Of a stretch of DNA of 64,000 nt, positions 31,470 through 42,249 are shown in pieces. How positions within the stretch are numbered: position 1 is the first letter of the stretch; every line of letters begins with the position of its first letter. The position numbers and the translations under genes were made by a program. A model generated the notes under the pieces. The model did no database searches. It had not been told where the DNA came from and saw nothing but the letters and a program-made list of their open reading frames with translations. This DNA comes from an uncultured Nitrososphaerota archaeon. GTDB lineage: Archaea; Thermoproteota; EX4484-205; JAAOZO01. The DNA is taken from positions 136,194 through 200,193 of the forward strand of contig CAYOYV010000002.1 of the NCBI GenBank assembly GCA_964408285.1. Direction: 5' to 3'.

Positions 31470-32360
31470 TCATGTGGAGAAAAGCCCCGGTACGAGTTTC
31501 CTCACTACCTCGATCGACTGAAGAGCTCCAGACATAGACAGCTCGAACACAGCTGGTCCGTCGAACCCGAACCGGGTAAGCGCTCCGAAGAAATCCTGGA
31601 TATTCATGTCGCCGCTTCCTAACGGGAGATGATCCCTAAGGAGCATTGATCCATCTTCATTCTTCCGCCTGAATCCATCATGGAGGTGAAGCCCGATTAA
31701 CCTCTGTCTGAACAACTCGAGTGCTTCCATCAGCGAGAGGGTCTCGCTAAAGCCTCCGAGAATGTGCCCTGTATCAAGAACAACTGAACAACCCGTTTCC
31801 TCGGCCATGCTCACAGTCAGATCAAGTGGGAATTCGACGCTCTCAAGAGCCAACCTTTTTGGATCAATTCCGGTCTGTTTCAGGAGTTCTGCGGTGCTTC
31901 TTGATGCGTTTGAACCCATCGAGAGGTTTATCAGGTCAACGGAGCGTCTGGGGTAGGGCAATCTGCTGAATTCCGATGCAAGTGCACCTGTTGCGTGAAA
32001 GACGTAATATTCTGGTTGGAATCCCTCCGCCAATTCAATGGCCTCTATGCATGTTTCCACGGATGCTTTTCTTATTCTCTCATTGAATGAAGCCGGCTCA
32101 ACAGCCCATAGGGGAAGATGAGCCGAGAGGGTCAACTCTTCGGATTTCCTGATCTCAGATATCTCCGCTATTCTGTCATTGTTCAGGGATCCGGGTAGCG
32201 CATGAAGCACGTCGAGAGTGATCTCTACATGGACGAATCCCGCGGAGGCTGCGTTCTTGACTATTTCGGGATAACAGAATCTTGAGAAGTCGATCTGATC
32301 CCCTTGGAGAATTCTGCTCAAGACATCAGCGAAGTCAAGAGGGGTTATTCCGAATCGCAC
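31470..32360 (-). CDS. AP-endonuclease-2/sugar isomerase TIM-barrel protein
   Basis: AHLP, LDTGH, HLHDG, DHLPLG. Confidence 0.8.
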   Translation of the reverse strand: MRFGITPLDFADVLSRILQGDQIDFSRFCYPEIVKNAASAGFVHVEITLDVLHALPGSLNNDRIAEISEIRKSEELTLSAHLPLWAVEPASFNERIRKASVETCIEAIELAEGFQPEYYVFHATGALASEFSRLPYPRRSVDLINLSMGSNASRSTAELLKQTGIDPKRLALESVEFPLDLTVSMAEETGCSVVLDTGHILGGFSETLSLMEALELFRQRLIGLHLHDGFRRKNEDGSMLLRDHLPLGSGDMNIQDFFGALTRFGFDGPAVFELSMSGALQSIEVVRKLVPGLFST

Positions 32361-32414
32361 GGATGTGCTGTCCGTCTGAGGTATATAACCGACTCGCCTT
32401 GCCCTCGGGAATCT

Positions 32415-33449
32415 TTACCCCTCTCTCCTCCTTAACACTTGATCAGTCCTTTCTATGAGGGGCTCTAGATGAGGCAAGTCTGAAATGCAGTCTCTTATGA
32501 TTCCCTCAAGGTCCCTTCTGTTCTGGTCCTCATCTCTATTCTCATGCAATATTCTAATCATCCAGTCCACCAAATCCTCGAGGATCCTTCTATACAGATA
32601 GAATCCGAGGAAATCGGTTTTGAGGCAAACACGACCGAATTCATCCTCATAATTGTCTAAGAACAGATCGAAGCGATCCCCAGTGAATGCAAAAATATCA
32701 TGCTCAGGGGGTGCCAAGATTGCACCCTCCCAATCCAGAACATAGACCTCCCCCCTCGCATCTATCAGGATATTACTGCCTATGGGATCGGTGTGACAAA
32801 GGACCGTTTGCTTCTTGATTCCCCTGACTGAAAGTTGAAGGGTCTCCAGTCTCCCAAGACGCCCGAGGAGTTCCTCCTTCAATGGCAATATGAGATCCCT
32901 CAATGCCAGCTTGCCCTCTCCATCTCCCTGAGTAGTACGCTCAAGTGTCTCAAGGCCCGTCAGCATTTCGCCCTTGAATGGAATCCCGAGATCATCGATC
33001 GGTGGGTTCTCAGTACCAATGTAGGGGGCGCAATTGTGAATCCTTGCGATCTGTCTCGCCACGGTTGCTAGGACCTCGTCAGAAGGTCTCTCATCATTAA
33101 TGGTCCTTCCCTCAATGAAGTTGTAGACAACGACTGGCATGCCACCGAAGTCTGACTTAAGTGAGCCCGCTTGTGTTCTTACTGGGCAAGGAAGGCTTCT
33201 GAAGTAATTACCATGAAAAAGGTTCCACATCAACGGTAAGCAAAAGTCCAGAGCTTTCGCGCTCTTCAGTCCCATGCGAGTGGAAGGAAGGACTTTTACT
33301 AGATATCTCAAACCGATATCGCTATCGATTAGATAGCAGTATCCGACTTCTCCTTTGGGAAGAAACTCGATGCGCCCCACCCAGAGTCCGTATTCGGTGC
33401 CGATTCTAGCAGCTAGCGATTCCCTGTCTATTCCAAGATCGTCCTTCAT
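32415..33449 (-). CDS. Aminoglycoside phosphotransferase family kinase
   Basis: CHTDPIGSN (HxDxxxxN), LDWE, APPEHD. Confidence 0.82.
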   Translation of the reverse strand: MKDDLGIDRESLAARIGTEYGLWVGRIEFLPKGEVGYCYLIDSDIGLRYLVKVLPSTRMGLKSAKALDFCLPLMWNLFHGNYFRSLPCPVRTQAGSLKSDFGGMPVVVYNFIEGRTINDERPSDEVLATVARQIARIHNCAPYIGTENPPIDDLGIPFKGEMLTGLETLERTTQGDGEGKLALRDLILPLKEELLGRLGRLETLQLSVRGIKKQTVLCHTDPIGSNILIDARGEVYVLDWEGAILAPPEHDIFAFTGDRFDLFLDNYEDEFGRVCLKTDFLGFYLYRRILEDLVDWMIRILHENRDEDQNRRDLEGIIRDCISDLPHLEPLIERTDQVLRRREG

Positions 33450-33511
33450 GCTATGGTCACATACCTATGTTCTGTTCCGGCGAATTTCTAACAACCCTGA
33501 ACTTGGACATA

Positions 33512-34384
33512 TCAGTACTGTCCTAGAGCACCCTCACGCCTAGTAGAATCATAGGCCTTCTTGAAGACCCAGAGAGAAACGGGTAGTAGGATCAATATGA
33601 ATAATCCAAGCTTTGTGATGTCCTCCAGTATCGCCAATGAGGAAAAGCCTTCTCCGCTCATCAGGCATCTCCTGATTCCGTCAAGTGAATAGGTCAATGG
33701 AAACACAGCGCCCACCCACTGGAGATAGCCAGGAAGCAGTCCCAATGGGTACAGGACTCCTGAGAACAGCTGTGTCAGCCAAGAGAATGCCCAGACTATC
33801 GGGTCTCCCTGTTTCAGCTTCAGGATGGCACCCGCGCCCAAGATACCGACTACCATGTGACTGACTATGAGAAGTATCGTGAGGACAGCTGCAGCCAAAA
33901 AAGAGCTGAAGTTCAGATTGAAGCTGGCACCCATGAGGAGTCCCATGCTCATTGAGGCCAGAAGGAAATAGGATGCCACTATGAATCTGAAGACTGATTC
34001 TCCCAGTAGGAAGACCCTGAAGCTCGTTCTGGAGGACAGTATTGTCTCCATGGTGCCATCCCACTGTTCCTCCCTTATAGCCTCCGACAGCCCAGAAACA
34101 GAAGAGAAGACGTAATTCTGGAAGGCTATGCCTATGACCGTGAAGGTCAAGAAATCTGCTGCATACCCGGCATTGACTAGTGCCTGCGGAGACACTATCT
34201 TCGAGACGAAATAGTAGGTAGCAACGAAGAGCAGTGAGCCTAAGATGTCCAGTATTATCCACAGCTTGTAAGTCCACCAGATTTTGAAATCCCTCGATAT
34301 GAACGCGATTACCTTTGTCACAGGATCCACTTGGGCCTCAGGGACCGGCTCTGCCAAGAACTTGATTATCTCTTCCACCTTCAT
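33512..34384 (-). CDS. ABC-2 exporter permease
   Basis: EEQWDGTME, SGVLYP, PLTYSLD. Confidence 0.88.
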   Translation of the reverse strand: MKVEEIIKFLAEPVPEAQVDPVTKVIAFISRDFKIWWTYKLWIILDILGSLLFVATYYFVSKIVSPQALVNAGYAADFLTFTVIGIAFQNYVFSSVSGLSEAIREEQWDGTMETILSSRTSFRVFLLGESVFRFIVASYFLLASMSMGLLMGASFNLNFSSFLAAAVLTILLIVSHMVVGILGAGAILKLKQGDPIVWAFSWLTQLFSGVLYPLGLLPGYLQWVGAVFPLTYSLDGIRRCLMSGEGFSSLAILEDITKLGLFILILLPVSLWVFKKAYDSTRREGALGQY

Positions 34385-34394
34385 TCAAGGTCAC

Positions 34395-35285
34395 CTAGTA
34401 TGATGAGGTCGTCCCCTGCCTCCTGATGGTCCTATAGCCCCATTGCAACACCGCTAGTCCCAGTGGCACTAGAATCACGGTAGACCCGAACAGAATCGAG
34501 AGATCCGAGAACACATTCTGGTCAGCCAGTGAGACACCGAACATCAGCGAGCGTCTCATTGCATCAAGTGCGTATGCATATGGTAGCATCATCGACAGGC
34601 CTTGGAGAATCGGAAATGCCTTGAGCATCTCCAGCGGATACAGAACCCCTGCAAGAAATTCGTTCATCGCCGCGACTATGAAGGTCACAGGATCTCCTCT
34701 CTTGTGAACCATTACTATGCCGGCTGCGATGAGACCAAGTGCTTGGTTTGCTATCAACATCAGGGCGAATGAAAGGAGTGCCGTAGCAACAGACTGCGCT
34801 GTCAGGATGAATCTCACTCCCAACCCGACAATCCCCACCGCGAAGACCCCTATCAGATAAATCGAACTCACTAGGTATCCACGGGCTGTCAGCCCTATGA
34901 AGAACACGAACATATTGACTGGAGTGACTGCAACAGTTTCAAGGGTCCCGCCTCGTATCTCGTGTTGAATTGAGTGACTCAGTCTGGTCAGACATGACCA
35001 CAGATAGTGCGAAGTGGCAACCCCGATCAATGAAAAAGCAAGATAACTTGTTCCCCAACCGGTCTGCACCAGTCTCTGTGGATCGACCTGCAGCCCCACG
35101 AAGTAATACATCACCACTGAGGCCACTGTGCTGAGCAGGTCCATGATCAACCAAGATTTGTACGCTAGCAGAATCTTCAGATTGGCCCATATGATGCCAA
35201 GGAGCTGTCTGACCGGAGATGCCAGACGAGGCTCATCGTTCTTGAACAACTGGATGAGCTTATCCGCCTTCAACTCTTTCTTCAC
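34395..35285 (-). CDS. ABC-2 exporter permease
   Basis: EIRGGTLE, AGVLYP. Confidence 0.88.
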   Translation of the reverse strand: MKKELKADKLIQLFKNDEPRLASPVRQLLGIIWANLKILLAYKSWLIMDLLSTVASVVMYYFVGLQVDPQRLVQTGWGTSYLAFSLIGVATSHYLWSCLTRLSHSIQHEIRGGTLETVAVTPVNMFVFFIGLTARGYLVSSIYLIGVFAVGIVGLGVRFILTAQSVATALLSFALMLIANQALGLIAAGIVMVHKRGDPVTFIVAAMNEFLAGVLYPLEMLKAFPILQGLSMMLPYAYALDAMRRSLMFGVSLADQNVFSDLSILFGSTVILVPLGLAVLQWGYRTIRRQGTTSSY

Positions 35286-36249
35286 CTGTCAAACGGATGA
35301 AGACCTCCTCCAAGTCTGGGAGTGCTTTTTGTATCCCGATCATCTTGGTTCGTCTCGACCTAAGATACTGTGGGATCCTCACCAGGGCCTCATCCTCATT
35401 CTCTACTTCGAGTTGTATGATGACGTGATCCTCCTCCGGTTGAACCTTCACGACCTTCTTCACTCCTGGCACGCTTTGTAGTTCCGACACCGCAGTCTCT
35501 CCTGATCCAAGAAGTCTCAGCTCAACTCCCCTGAAGCTCTTGGTTATCTCGCTCAACTTCAACGGAGTGTCCACTGCGACTATCTTCCCCTTGTTCATCA
35601 CTGCTATCCTATCGCAGAGTCGTTCGGCTTCCATTATGTTGTGAGTGGTAAAGAATATCGTCTTATGTAGCTCCTTGCATAGGGACCGAAGGAGATTGCG
35701 GGTCTCTATTGCACCTGATGCGTCGAGGCCAACAGTCGGCTCGTCCATGAGCAATATCGTTGCATTAGCGAGCAGTGTTCTGGCCAGCATGACTCTAACT
35801 TTCATCCCTGTTGAGAAATCCTTGACGAGCCTGTCCGCGTCCTTTGTCAACTCGAAGAAATCCAGGAGAGCGTCTATTCTCCTGCCTGCCATATCTGAGG
35901 GAATGTTCTGTAAGAATGCGTAGAATTTCAGGTTATCTCTTGCAGAGAGCCTCCAATAGAGTGCTCTGCCACCTGTTTCCCCGTGAAGCCAGCCTATGTT
36001 CTCCTTGACTTTGTCTGGCTCGTTGACAACATCATAGCCTGCGATCTTGGCGGTTCCCTCATCCGGAATTATCAACGTACAAAGCATTTTGATTAACGTG
36101 GTCTTTCCTGCTCCATTTGGGCCAAGTAGCCCGAAGAAAGCCCCTTCCTCAACATCCAGATTGACGTGATTAACGGCGATAATCCTATCTACTTTACCGC
36201 CCTCCTTCTCGAAGTATTTCGTCAGATCTATCGTTTGGACGGAGTACAT
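35260..36249 (-). CDS. ABC exporter ATP-binding protein
   Basis: GPNGAGKT, FSTGM, MDEPT. Confidence 0.92.
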   Translation of the reverse strand: MYSVQTIDLTKYFEKEGGKVDRIIAVNHVNLDVEEGAFFGLLGPNGAGKTTLIKMLCTLIIPDEGTAKIAGYDVVNEPDKVKENIGWLHGETGGRALYWRLSARDNLKFYAFLQNIPSDMAGRRIDALLDFFELTKDADRLVKDFSTGMKVRVMLARTLLANATILLMDEPTVGLDASGAIETRNLLRSLCKELHKTIFFTTHNIMEAERLCDRIAVMNKGKIVAVDTPLKLSEITKSFRGVELRLLGSGETAVSELQSVPGVKKVVKVQPEEDHVIIQLEVENEDEALVRIPQYLRSRRTKMIGIQKALPDLEEVFIRLTGEERVEGG

Positions 36250-36517
36250 AGGGCATTCCTTTCAACTGCTGCGTCTCACTGCCAGCTTCTCGGCTATTTT
36301 AGCCTTTAATGGTTTCAGAAATGGACCGCCCCTTGATCTAGGACGAGAGTTGGGTCTCCAAGAACAAGCCTTGAGAAGCTTATGGGCGAAGGGATGACTA
36401 TTTTCTGGATTAGACATCGCATTCTAGGGCATTTCCACTCAAGCGGAAGGCATCAAGGCAAAGGTGTCCCTTCTTGGTTTGATTCTCTTTTGGCGCCCAA
36501 GGCCGTCAGTTTTTCGA

Positions 36518-37921
36518 TCAAGAAGAGAGATCCAATGAGGTGTACGAAAGCTCATACTTGCCTTGGAGGCCTTTCACGAATCTGTTCTCATACCTTTTGA
36601 AATAACCACCGAAAGCAGATGCAAGTCTCTTGGCCTCCTCCGGCTCTTCATCAACAAGATTTTTTGTCTCCTTGGGATCTTCGATCAGATCATATAGCTC
36701 GTCAGGTTGTCCCTCCGGCCTTTGAATGTAGCTCCATCTGGAATCCCTTGTGCATCTATCGATTGCCTCGTAGTATCCGGATATCGCGTACTTCCGATGC
36801 TCGTCTGATTTTCCCATCAATACGGGCAAGAAGCTCCTGCCGTGCATCGAGTGTGTGTTATTGCCCAGACCCAAGAATTCGAGAAGGGTCGGAAGCAGGT
36901 CGGGGCACTGGACAATCCCGTTAGTATTTCTTGCTCCAACCCCCTCTGGCATTTTTATCATCAGGGGGACTTTCAACAGCTCGTTGTACAGTCTGTCCCC
37001 TCCCTTCAGGAATTTGCCGTGATCTGCCAAGGGATGGCCATGATCTGCTAGAACAACTATGAGAGAATCTCTCATGAGGTCCAATGCTTCAAGCTCAGCC
37101 AGAAACTCGCCGAACCAATGATCTACAAAATTCGCCTCTCCTGCATATAGCCCCCTTATGTGGTCTATCTGATCCTCACTTGCCCAGGTCCTTGCCTCGC
37201 CCCCCATGGGGAGGATCAGCTTTGGACCCTTGTATTTCGCCCGAGTATATTTGTCATAGTCACTTGGTGGAAGCCATGGTTCATGGGGGTCAAAGCTGTC
37301 AATCCACAGGAACAGCTTCTCATGTGCTCTGTTCAGCCTGAGCCATTTTGATGCTTCCTTGAACACCTTCGCAGCGAACCAATCTTCCTCGCTTTCGAAA
37401 TCGTCGATATTTGCTAGGAACCTCTGCACGTACCTTCTGAAATTCTCGTCATATCCTTGGTTCACATAGTCTTCAATATTCCTCTTGACAGGAGGCCCAG
37501 AATTGTAGGCGTCATACTCTTGCCCCCTTATCCATACAAAGGAGTCAAAGCCCTTGTGGAAGTTCATTCCTGGCTTAAACAGATGATATGTGTCCGTGAT
37601 TAATCCCGTCACGTATCCCTCACGTTTCAATATCTCAGCAACGGTGATCTCTGTCGGGTGCATTGGTGTCCAAGGCTTATAGGGCAAGGTGAACTGGCCT
37701 GTCATGAGTTCCGTTCGAACTGGAATTGTGGGAAGTCCTGCTGGGTACGCGTTGTGGAAGACTATGCTCTGCTCGGCTAGCTTGTCCAGATTCGGAGTCC
37801 TGCATGGCGCAACGGCTTCGAAAATTGGCTTTCCGTTACTGTAATGACCGATGTGATCTTGCCTGAAGCTATCCAGCATTACAACGAAAACGTCATGTGC
37901 CTCTCCTAGTTGCTTGACCAT
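36518..37921 (-). CDS. Sulfatase-like hydrolase with Thr at nucleophile position
   Basis: LDSFRQD, TIPVR, DPHEPW, ADHG, ELYDL. Confidence 0.85.
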   Translation of the reverse strand: MVKQLGEAHDVFVVMLDSFRQDHIGHYSNGKPIFEAVAPCRTPNLDKLAEQSIVFHNAYPAGLPTIPVRTELMTGQFTLPYKPWTPMHPTEITVAEILKREGYVTGLITDTYHLFKPGMNFHKGFDSFVWIRGQEYDAYNSGPPVKRNIEDYVNQGYDENFRRYVQRFLANIDDFESEEDWFAAKVFKEASKWLRLNRAHEKLFLWIDSFDPHEPWLPPSDYDKYTRAKYKGPKLILPMGGEARTWASEDQIDHIRGLYAGEANFVDHWFGEFLAELEALDLMRDSLIVVLADHGHPLADHGKFLKGGDRLYNELLKVPLMIKMPEGVGARNTNGIVQCPDLLPTLLEFLGLGNNTHSMHGRSFLPVLMGKSDEHRKYAISGYYEAIDRCTRDSRWSYIQRPEGQPDELYDLIEDPKETKNLVDEEPEEAKRLASAFGGYFKRYENRFVKGLQGKYELSYTSLDLSS

Positions 37922-38024
37922 TTGGCGACGGGAGTCGAGGCTTCGACCAGGATTTAATCCCTTTGCTCATGATGTGGCGCCCAGTCGCAGTCAGATGGAA
38001 TAGAGCCTAGAGTCAGGATACTTG

Positions 38025-38537
38025 CTACAGGTATTTCTTGCAGGCGTAGCAATACCAACGCTGATATTGTGATACGTAGACTAGAGGTCTACCACAGGTA
38101 GGGCAGCCGTAAGCGGGTTGTGGTTGGGCATACTGCGGAACGGGAGATATTGGTGCCCTCGGTCTACTGAAGATTCCTCCGATCAGGCCTCCGATGGTTG
38201 CAAACGTCACAGCTCCGGCACCCAAAATGATGATCACCACCATCCAGCCTGTTCCTCCCAGGACGGCGTCAGCTCCTTCCAGAAGTTGGGTCCAACGACC
38301 TAGCACGCCGATTCCCACTGCACTGAGGATGAGGCCAGCCCCAACTGCCCACAAGGTTGAGCTTAGGAAGGCAGCAATGATGCCCTTCAGGACACCTCCC
38401 TTTGTGACATAGCCGGATATAGTGCCGGCGATTATGGGTCCCAGAATTGGAATCCAGCCTACGAAGATCATGGTCACGAGACCAACGCCAATTCCCCCGA
38501 GAATACTCAAACACGACTCACCCAGCCGTTTGGCCAA
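38025..38537 (-). CDS. Membrane protein (DUF5518-like) with C-terminal Zn ribbon
   Basis: Gly-rich TM helices; CPTC...WYCYAC. Confidence 0.75.
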   Translation of the reverse strand: MAKRLGESCLSILGGIGVGLVTMIFVGWIPILGPIIAGTISGYVTKGGVLKGIIAAFLSSTLWAVGAGLILSAVGIGVLGRWTQLLEGADAVLGGTGWMVVIIILGAGAVTFATIGGLIGGIFSRPRAPISPVPQYAQPQPAYGCPTCGRPLVYVSQYQRWYCYACKKYL

Positions 38538-38662
38538 CGGCTTTGAAATATCCTAATAGGTCTTTCGTTGAAGCATTGACGCTCTGTGGCATTAGAACAG
38601 ATCCGTGAAGGCGACGATGCTGGAAATGGACAGACTGGAACAATGTCGCTGAAGCGAGTTGC

Positions 38663-39211
38663 TTACAGTTCCAGTCTCATCAGGGGAAACTCAGAATCGT
38701 TTCTGAATATTCTGAATCCATTCTTAAGGTAGAACTCGATCGGTCCAGACGGATTCCCTAGCCTGCCCCTGCGTGCGAAGGTCTCAACTGCCTTGACCCT
38801 TCTTTCCCTCAGCTCGGTTGTTATACTATCAAGTATCTTGGTTCCGATTCCAATCCTCCTCAATCCCTGTTCCGCCACAAATAGACAGGAGATCAATGTC
38901 GCGTCATCGCTCGGAGGCCCTGACTTGTACTCTAGGGAGCCCGGCAGAAACCTAGCTGGTGCATATTCGGCGTAGCCAATCGGTTTTCCATCGACATATA
39001 CTAACCTACCACAATTGCCGAACTCCCTATTCGTCCTTTTGAGCCAAGTCAACTTCTTTTGGAGCATTTCCTCTTTCCTCTCCTTCGCGGGATCCAGGCA
39101 TTCTTCAGGAAATTCCCAGTAAATGCAGTACTTGCAGCTAAATGGGTGCCCTTCCCATTCTGGCGTGTCTTTGATATTATCGCCAGTCAGGTTCACTATG
39201 TCTATTTTCAA
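38663..39211 (-). CDS. GNAT family acetyltransferase
   Basis: RRIGIGT, FYLKNGF. Confidence 0.85.
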   Translation of the reverse strand: MKIDIVNLTGDNIKDTPEWEGHPFSCKYCIYWEFPEECLDPAKERKEEMLQKKLTWLKRTNREFGNCGRLVYVDGKPIGYAEYAPARFLPGSLEYKSGPPSDDATLISCLFVAEQGLRRIGIGTKILDSITTELRERRVKAVETFARRGRLGNPSGPIEFYLKNGFRIFRNDSEFPLMRLEL

Positions 39212-39314
39212 ATTCCCAGATTCATTCCGACGACCTAGGTATCTGTATAATAGATTTTCGTCCGAAGAGAGAAGTTATATCCGAAAAGCCAGTGGCCATT
39301 GTCGAGGCTCTCTC

Positions 39315-40427
39315 ATGGGGAGGTGCTTGGTCTGTGGTGAGAACTCCACCGAGATATCAGGTAATCTGGGAGCTTGCCTCAGTTGCATCAGGAACAGGCC
39401 TGAACAAGCCATCCGAACCACGAAACAGGTTCATGCCAGAAGCCGTTCTGTCTTCGGACTGCCCGTGGAGCCTCCCCGGAACTCACATGGACTGTCATGC
39501 GGGGTCTGTGCGAACGACTGCAGAATCGGTCCTGACAGTAGCGGATTCTGTGGCATAGTCCGTAACGTCAACGGCGAGCTGGTCCGCTTCGGCGGTACGC
39601 CAGAAAAGGGAATTCTGGAATGGTATTATGACGATCTCCCGACGAACTGCGTCAGCTGGTGGTTCTGTCCAGGTTGCACTGGAATCGGCTATCCCAAGTA
39701 TGCATACAAACCTCACGCTGAATCTGGATTCTCCAATCTCGCGATTTTCTACGGGGCTTGCAGTTTCGACTGCTTGTTCTGCCAGAATTGGCGCTATCGC
39801 GACCTGTCCTCTAAGCATAGGCCCATCATGAGCGCGGGCGAATTGGTTGAAAGGGCAGACAAGCATGTCTCCTGTATATGCTATTTCGGCGGAGATCCTT
39901 CCCCGCAGATGCCGCATTCACTCGAGGTGAGTCGCCTGGCCATTTCGAAGGCGGGAGCTGGGAAACGAATATTGCGATTGTGCTGGGAAACGAATGGATT
40001 CATGAATCCAGCCCTAGCTGAGAAAGCCGCCCAATATGCACTTGAAACCGGGGGCAATATCAAGTTCGACCTGAAGACTTGGAATGAGGATCTGAACATT
40101 GCCTTGTGTGGAGTATCAAATAAGCCCTCCTTGGAGAACTTCAAGAGGATGGGTGAGAAATTCTTCGAAAAGAGAGGGGAACTGCCAGTTCTAACTGCCA
40201 GCACGCTGCTTGTTCCTGGCTATGTGGATGAGGTGGAAGTCGAGGGCATCGCGCGATTCATAGGTGAGGTGAACCCGGATATTCCCTACACATTACTGGC
40301 GTTCTACCCATGCTATATCATGAACGACTTGCCAACAACTACGAGAAAGCACGCCGAGGAATGCCTCAGGGTTGCACGGAAATACCTCAGGAATATCAGG
40401 ATCGGGAATCTACACCTACTCCAATGA
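39315..40427 (+). CDS. Radical SAM protein (PFL-activase/AmmeMemoRadiSam-like)
   Basis: CSFDCLFC, FGGDP, WETNG, FDLK; extra Cys clusters. Confidence 0.88.
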   Translation: MGRCLVCGENSTEISGNLGACLSCIRNRPEQAIRTTKQVHARSRSVFGLPVEPPRNSHGLSCGVCANDCRIGPDSSGFCGIVRNVNGELVRFGGTPEKGILEWYYDDLPTNCVSWWFCPGCTGIGYPKYAYKPHAESGFSNLAIFYGACSFDCLFCQNWRYRDLSSKHRPIMSAGELVERADKHVSCICYFGGDPSPQMPHSLEVSRLAISKAGAGKRILRLCWETNGFMNPALAEKAAQYALETGGNIKFDLKTWNEDLNIALCGVSNKPSLENFKRMGEKFFEKRGELPVLTASTLLVPGYVDEVEVEGIARFIGEVNPDIPYTLLAFYPCYIMNDLPTTTRKHAEECLRVARKYLRNIRIGNLHLLQ

Positions 40428-40557
40428 ACGGGCAAGTCTTGCTCATGTTGAAGGATTCATGAGTAGAAAGTGGAAAGTCATGTGCCAGCAACGTGAATGG
40501 AATTCCCCCGTTCATATCAAAGACCCTAGCTGCGCGATTCCTTCATTGTGAATGAGA

Positions 40558-41238
40558 TCAACCGAACCTACTAATTACCATGTCCATTGCCTCATTCAGG
40601 TTTTTTACTACTGCAACAGCTTCCTTGCAGTCCTCTGCCCTCAGTCTTCCTGTTCTATCCAACAGGATGGCATCGATTCCAATACTTCTAGGAAGCAGGA
40701 TGTCAAGAGCAACATCGTCGCCAATCATAAGCGCCTCACCTGGCTTGAGCCCCAACCTCTCCAATGTCTTTGAGTAGATAGCCGGATTCGACTTCTCACA
40801 ACGGAAAGTGTAGCCGTCAACGATCAAGTCGAAGTTCTTCAGGAGGGGCTTCAGGATTCTCATGTACTTGAACCTAGCAATCGTTGTTATGATGGCGCTC
40901 TTGAGTCCTGCCTGCTTCGCTCTTGATGTGGCTGTCTTGGCGTCAGAATAGAGGACCCACTTGCTGCCCTCATACCTCCCCGCAAGTTCCTTCAAAGTCT
41001 TCCCATCGGGTCTTATCCTTGCTCTCTTGAAGACCTGCGTCAGATATGACTCCCAATCCCCATATCCGCTCTTTGGATAGTCAAGGAATGATACATATTG
41101 CCATGCTGCCTTCCATGATTGTGGATAGACCTGATATCCCCGCTTGACCAAGAACTCCGAGGTGGCTTCATCAGTGAAGGGTATCTTCACATAACAGAGG
41201 GTTCCATAGAGATCAAACAGAGCTGCCTTGAGCTGCAT
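40558..41238 (-). CDS. HAD family hydrolase
   Basis: FDLYGTL, IGDD...DI. Confidence 0.88.
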   Translation of the reverse strand: MQLKAALFDLYGTLCYVKIPFTDEATSEFLVKRGYQVYPQSWKAAWQYVSFLDYPKSGYGDWESYLTQVFKRARIRPDGKTLKELAGRYEGSKWVLYSDAKTATSRAKQAGLKSAIITTIARFKYMRILKPLLKNFDLIVDGYTFRCEKSNPAIYSKTLERLGLKPGEALMIGDDVALDILLPRSIGIDAILLDRTGRLRAEDCKEAVAVVKNLNEAMDMVISRFG

Positions 41239-41341
41239 GATCTGGAGTATTTCATCAGGAATTTAAGGCTAAAGATGCGGAAGAAGTCCAGTGCCGATGC
41301 AAGAGCTACGCAGCGCACTGTAGGTCACGCGATCTGTTCGA

Positions 41342-42100
41342 TCAAACGTTCAGCTTCCGTCGAGTACATAGAATGTAGATGTAACCACTATCGACGACTT
41401 CCTTTAACTTCTCAAGTCCGACGTCACGTAGAAGTTTCGAGAGCGTCCATGTATCTATGTGAACATGGTAATGCCAACCCTTCCATCGATCCCTGACTTC
41501 CCCTGTGAGCTGATACAGGAATTCGCCCCATAGAAGGGGCTTGCCCTTTTCAAATCTCCAGTGGAAATAAAGCTTGAGGTCCCCAAAAAGTTCCTTGAGG
41601 GAATTCCAGAGGCTTGGAAGCATCCAAGTCTCCGCGCTCATGTAAATGATCCCCTTCTCTTCAAGCAGACCCCTCAGGTTCGATAGAAGGCCCTCCCTTC
41701 TCTCTGGAGGCACATATTCAAAGGCCTGAGAAAACCATATTCCATCGAAGGCGTTTGTCCTGAAGGGTAGACAGAACATTGAGCCCTTGATAAAACTGAC
41801 ATTACTCACCTGGGAGCATTTCATTTTTGCCATCTTTAGCATGTTTGGGGACATGTCGAACGCCAATACATGTTTCTGCCCTTGTGAAAGCCTTAAGGTG
41901 TGTCTTCCATCTCCGCAAGCTAGATCCAGAATAATAGCGTCTCCTCCGACAATCCTCACGAAGCGTTCGAAGAATTCCAATTCGACTTGATTCTCGAACT
42001 CTCCGACTATATCTTCCTCATAGACTGTGCTTGCCTCATAGGGAGAGAGGATGTTTTCTATGATCTCCGATAGGAATCCCTTCCTCTTCTCCGATGTCAT
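41342..42100 (-). CDS. Class I SAM-dependent methyltransferase
   Basis: LDLACGDGR, FDMS, LPF..NAFD. Confidence 0.88.
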   Translation of the reverse strand: MTSEKRKGFLSEIIENILSPYEASTVYEEDIVGEFENQVELEFFERFVRIVGGDAIILDLACGDGRHTLRLSQGQKHVLAFDMSPNMLKMAKMKCSQVSNVSFIKGSMFCLPFRTNAFDGIWFSQAFEYVPPERREGLLSNLRGLLEEKGIIYMSAETWMLPSLWNSLKELFGDLKLYFHWRFEKGKPLLWGEFLYQLTGEVRDRWKGWHYHVHIDTWTLSKLLRDVGLEKLKEVVDSGYIYILCTRRKLNV

Positions 42101-42249
42101 CCATTGTTCACTTGTGCCGGTCCATCGGACCTCTTTCCTCTATAACTTCCTTTTGTCCGCCTAATCTCAAGGGAGTCCAGTAGAAGCTTACGGTCATCAG
42201 TTCGATGATGTGGAAAGGCATCTCAAGTGAGTTTCTCGCTTCAGGTGGA

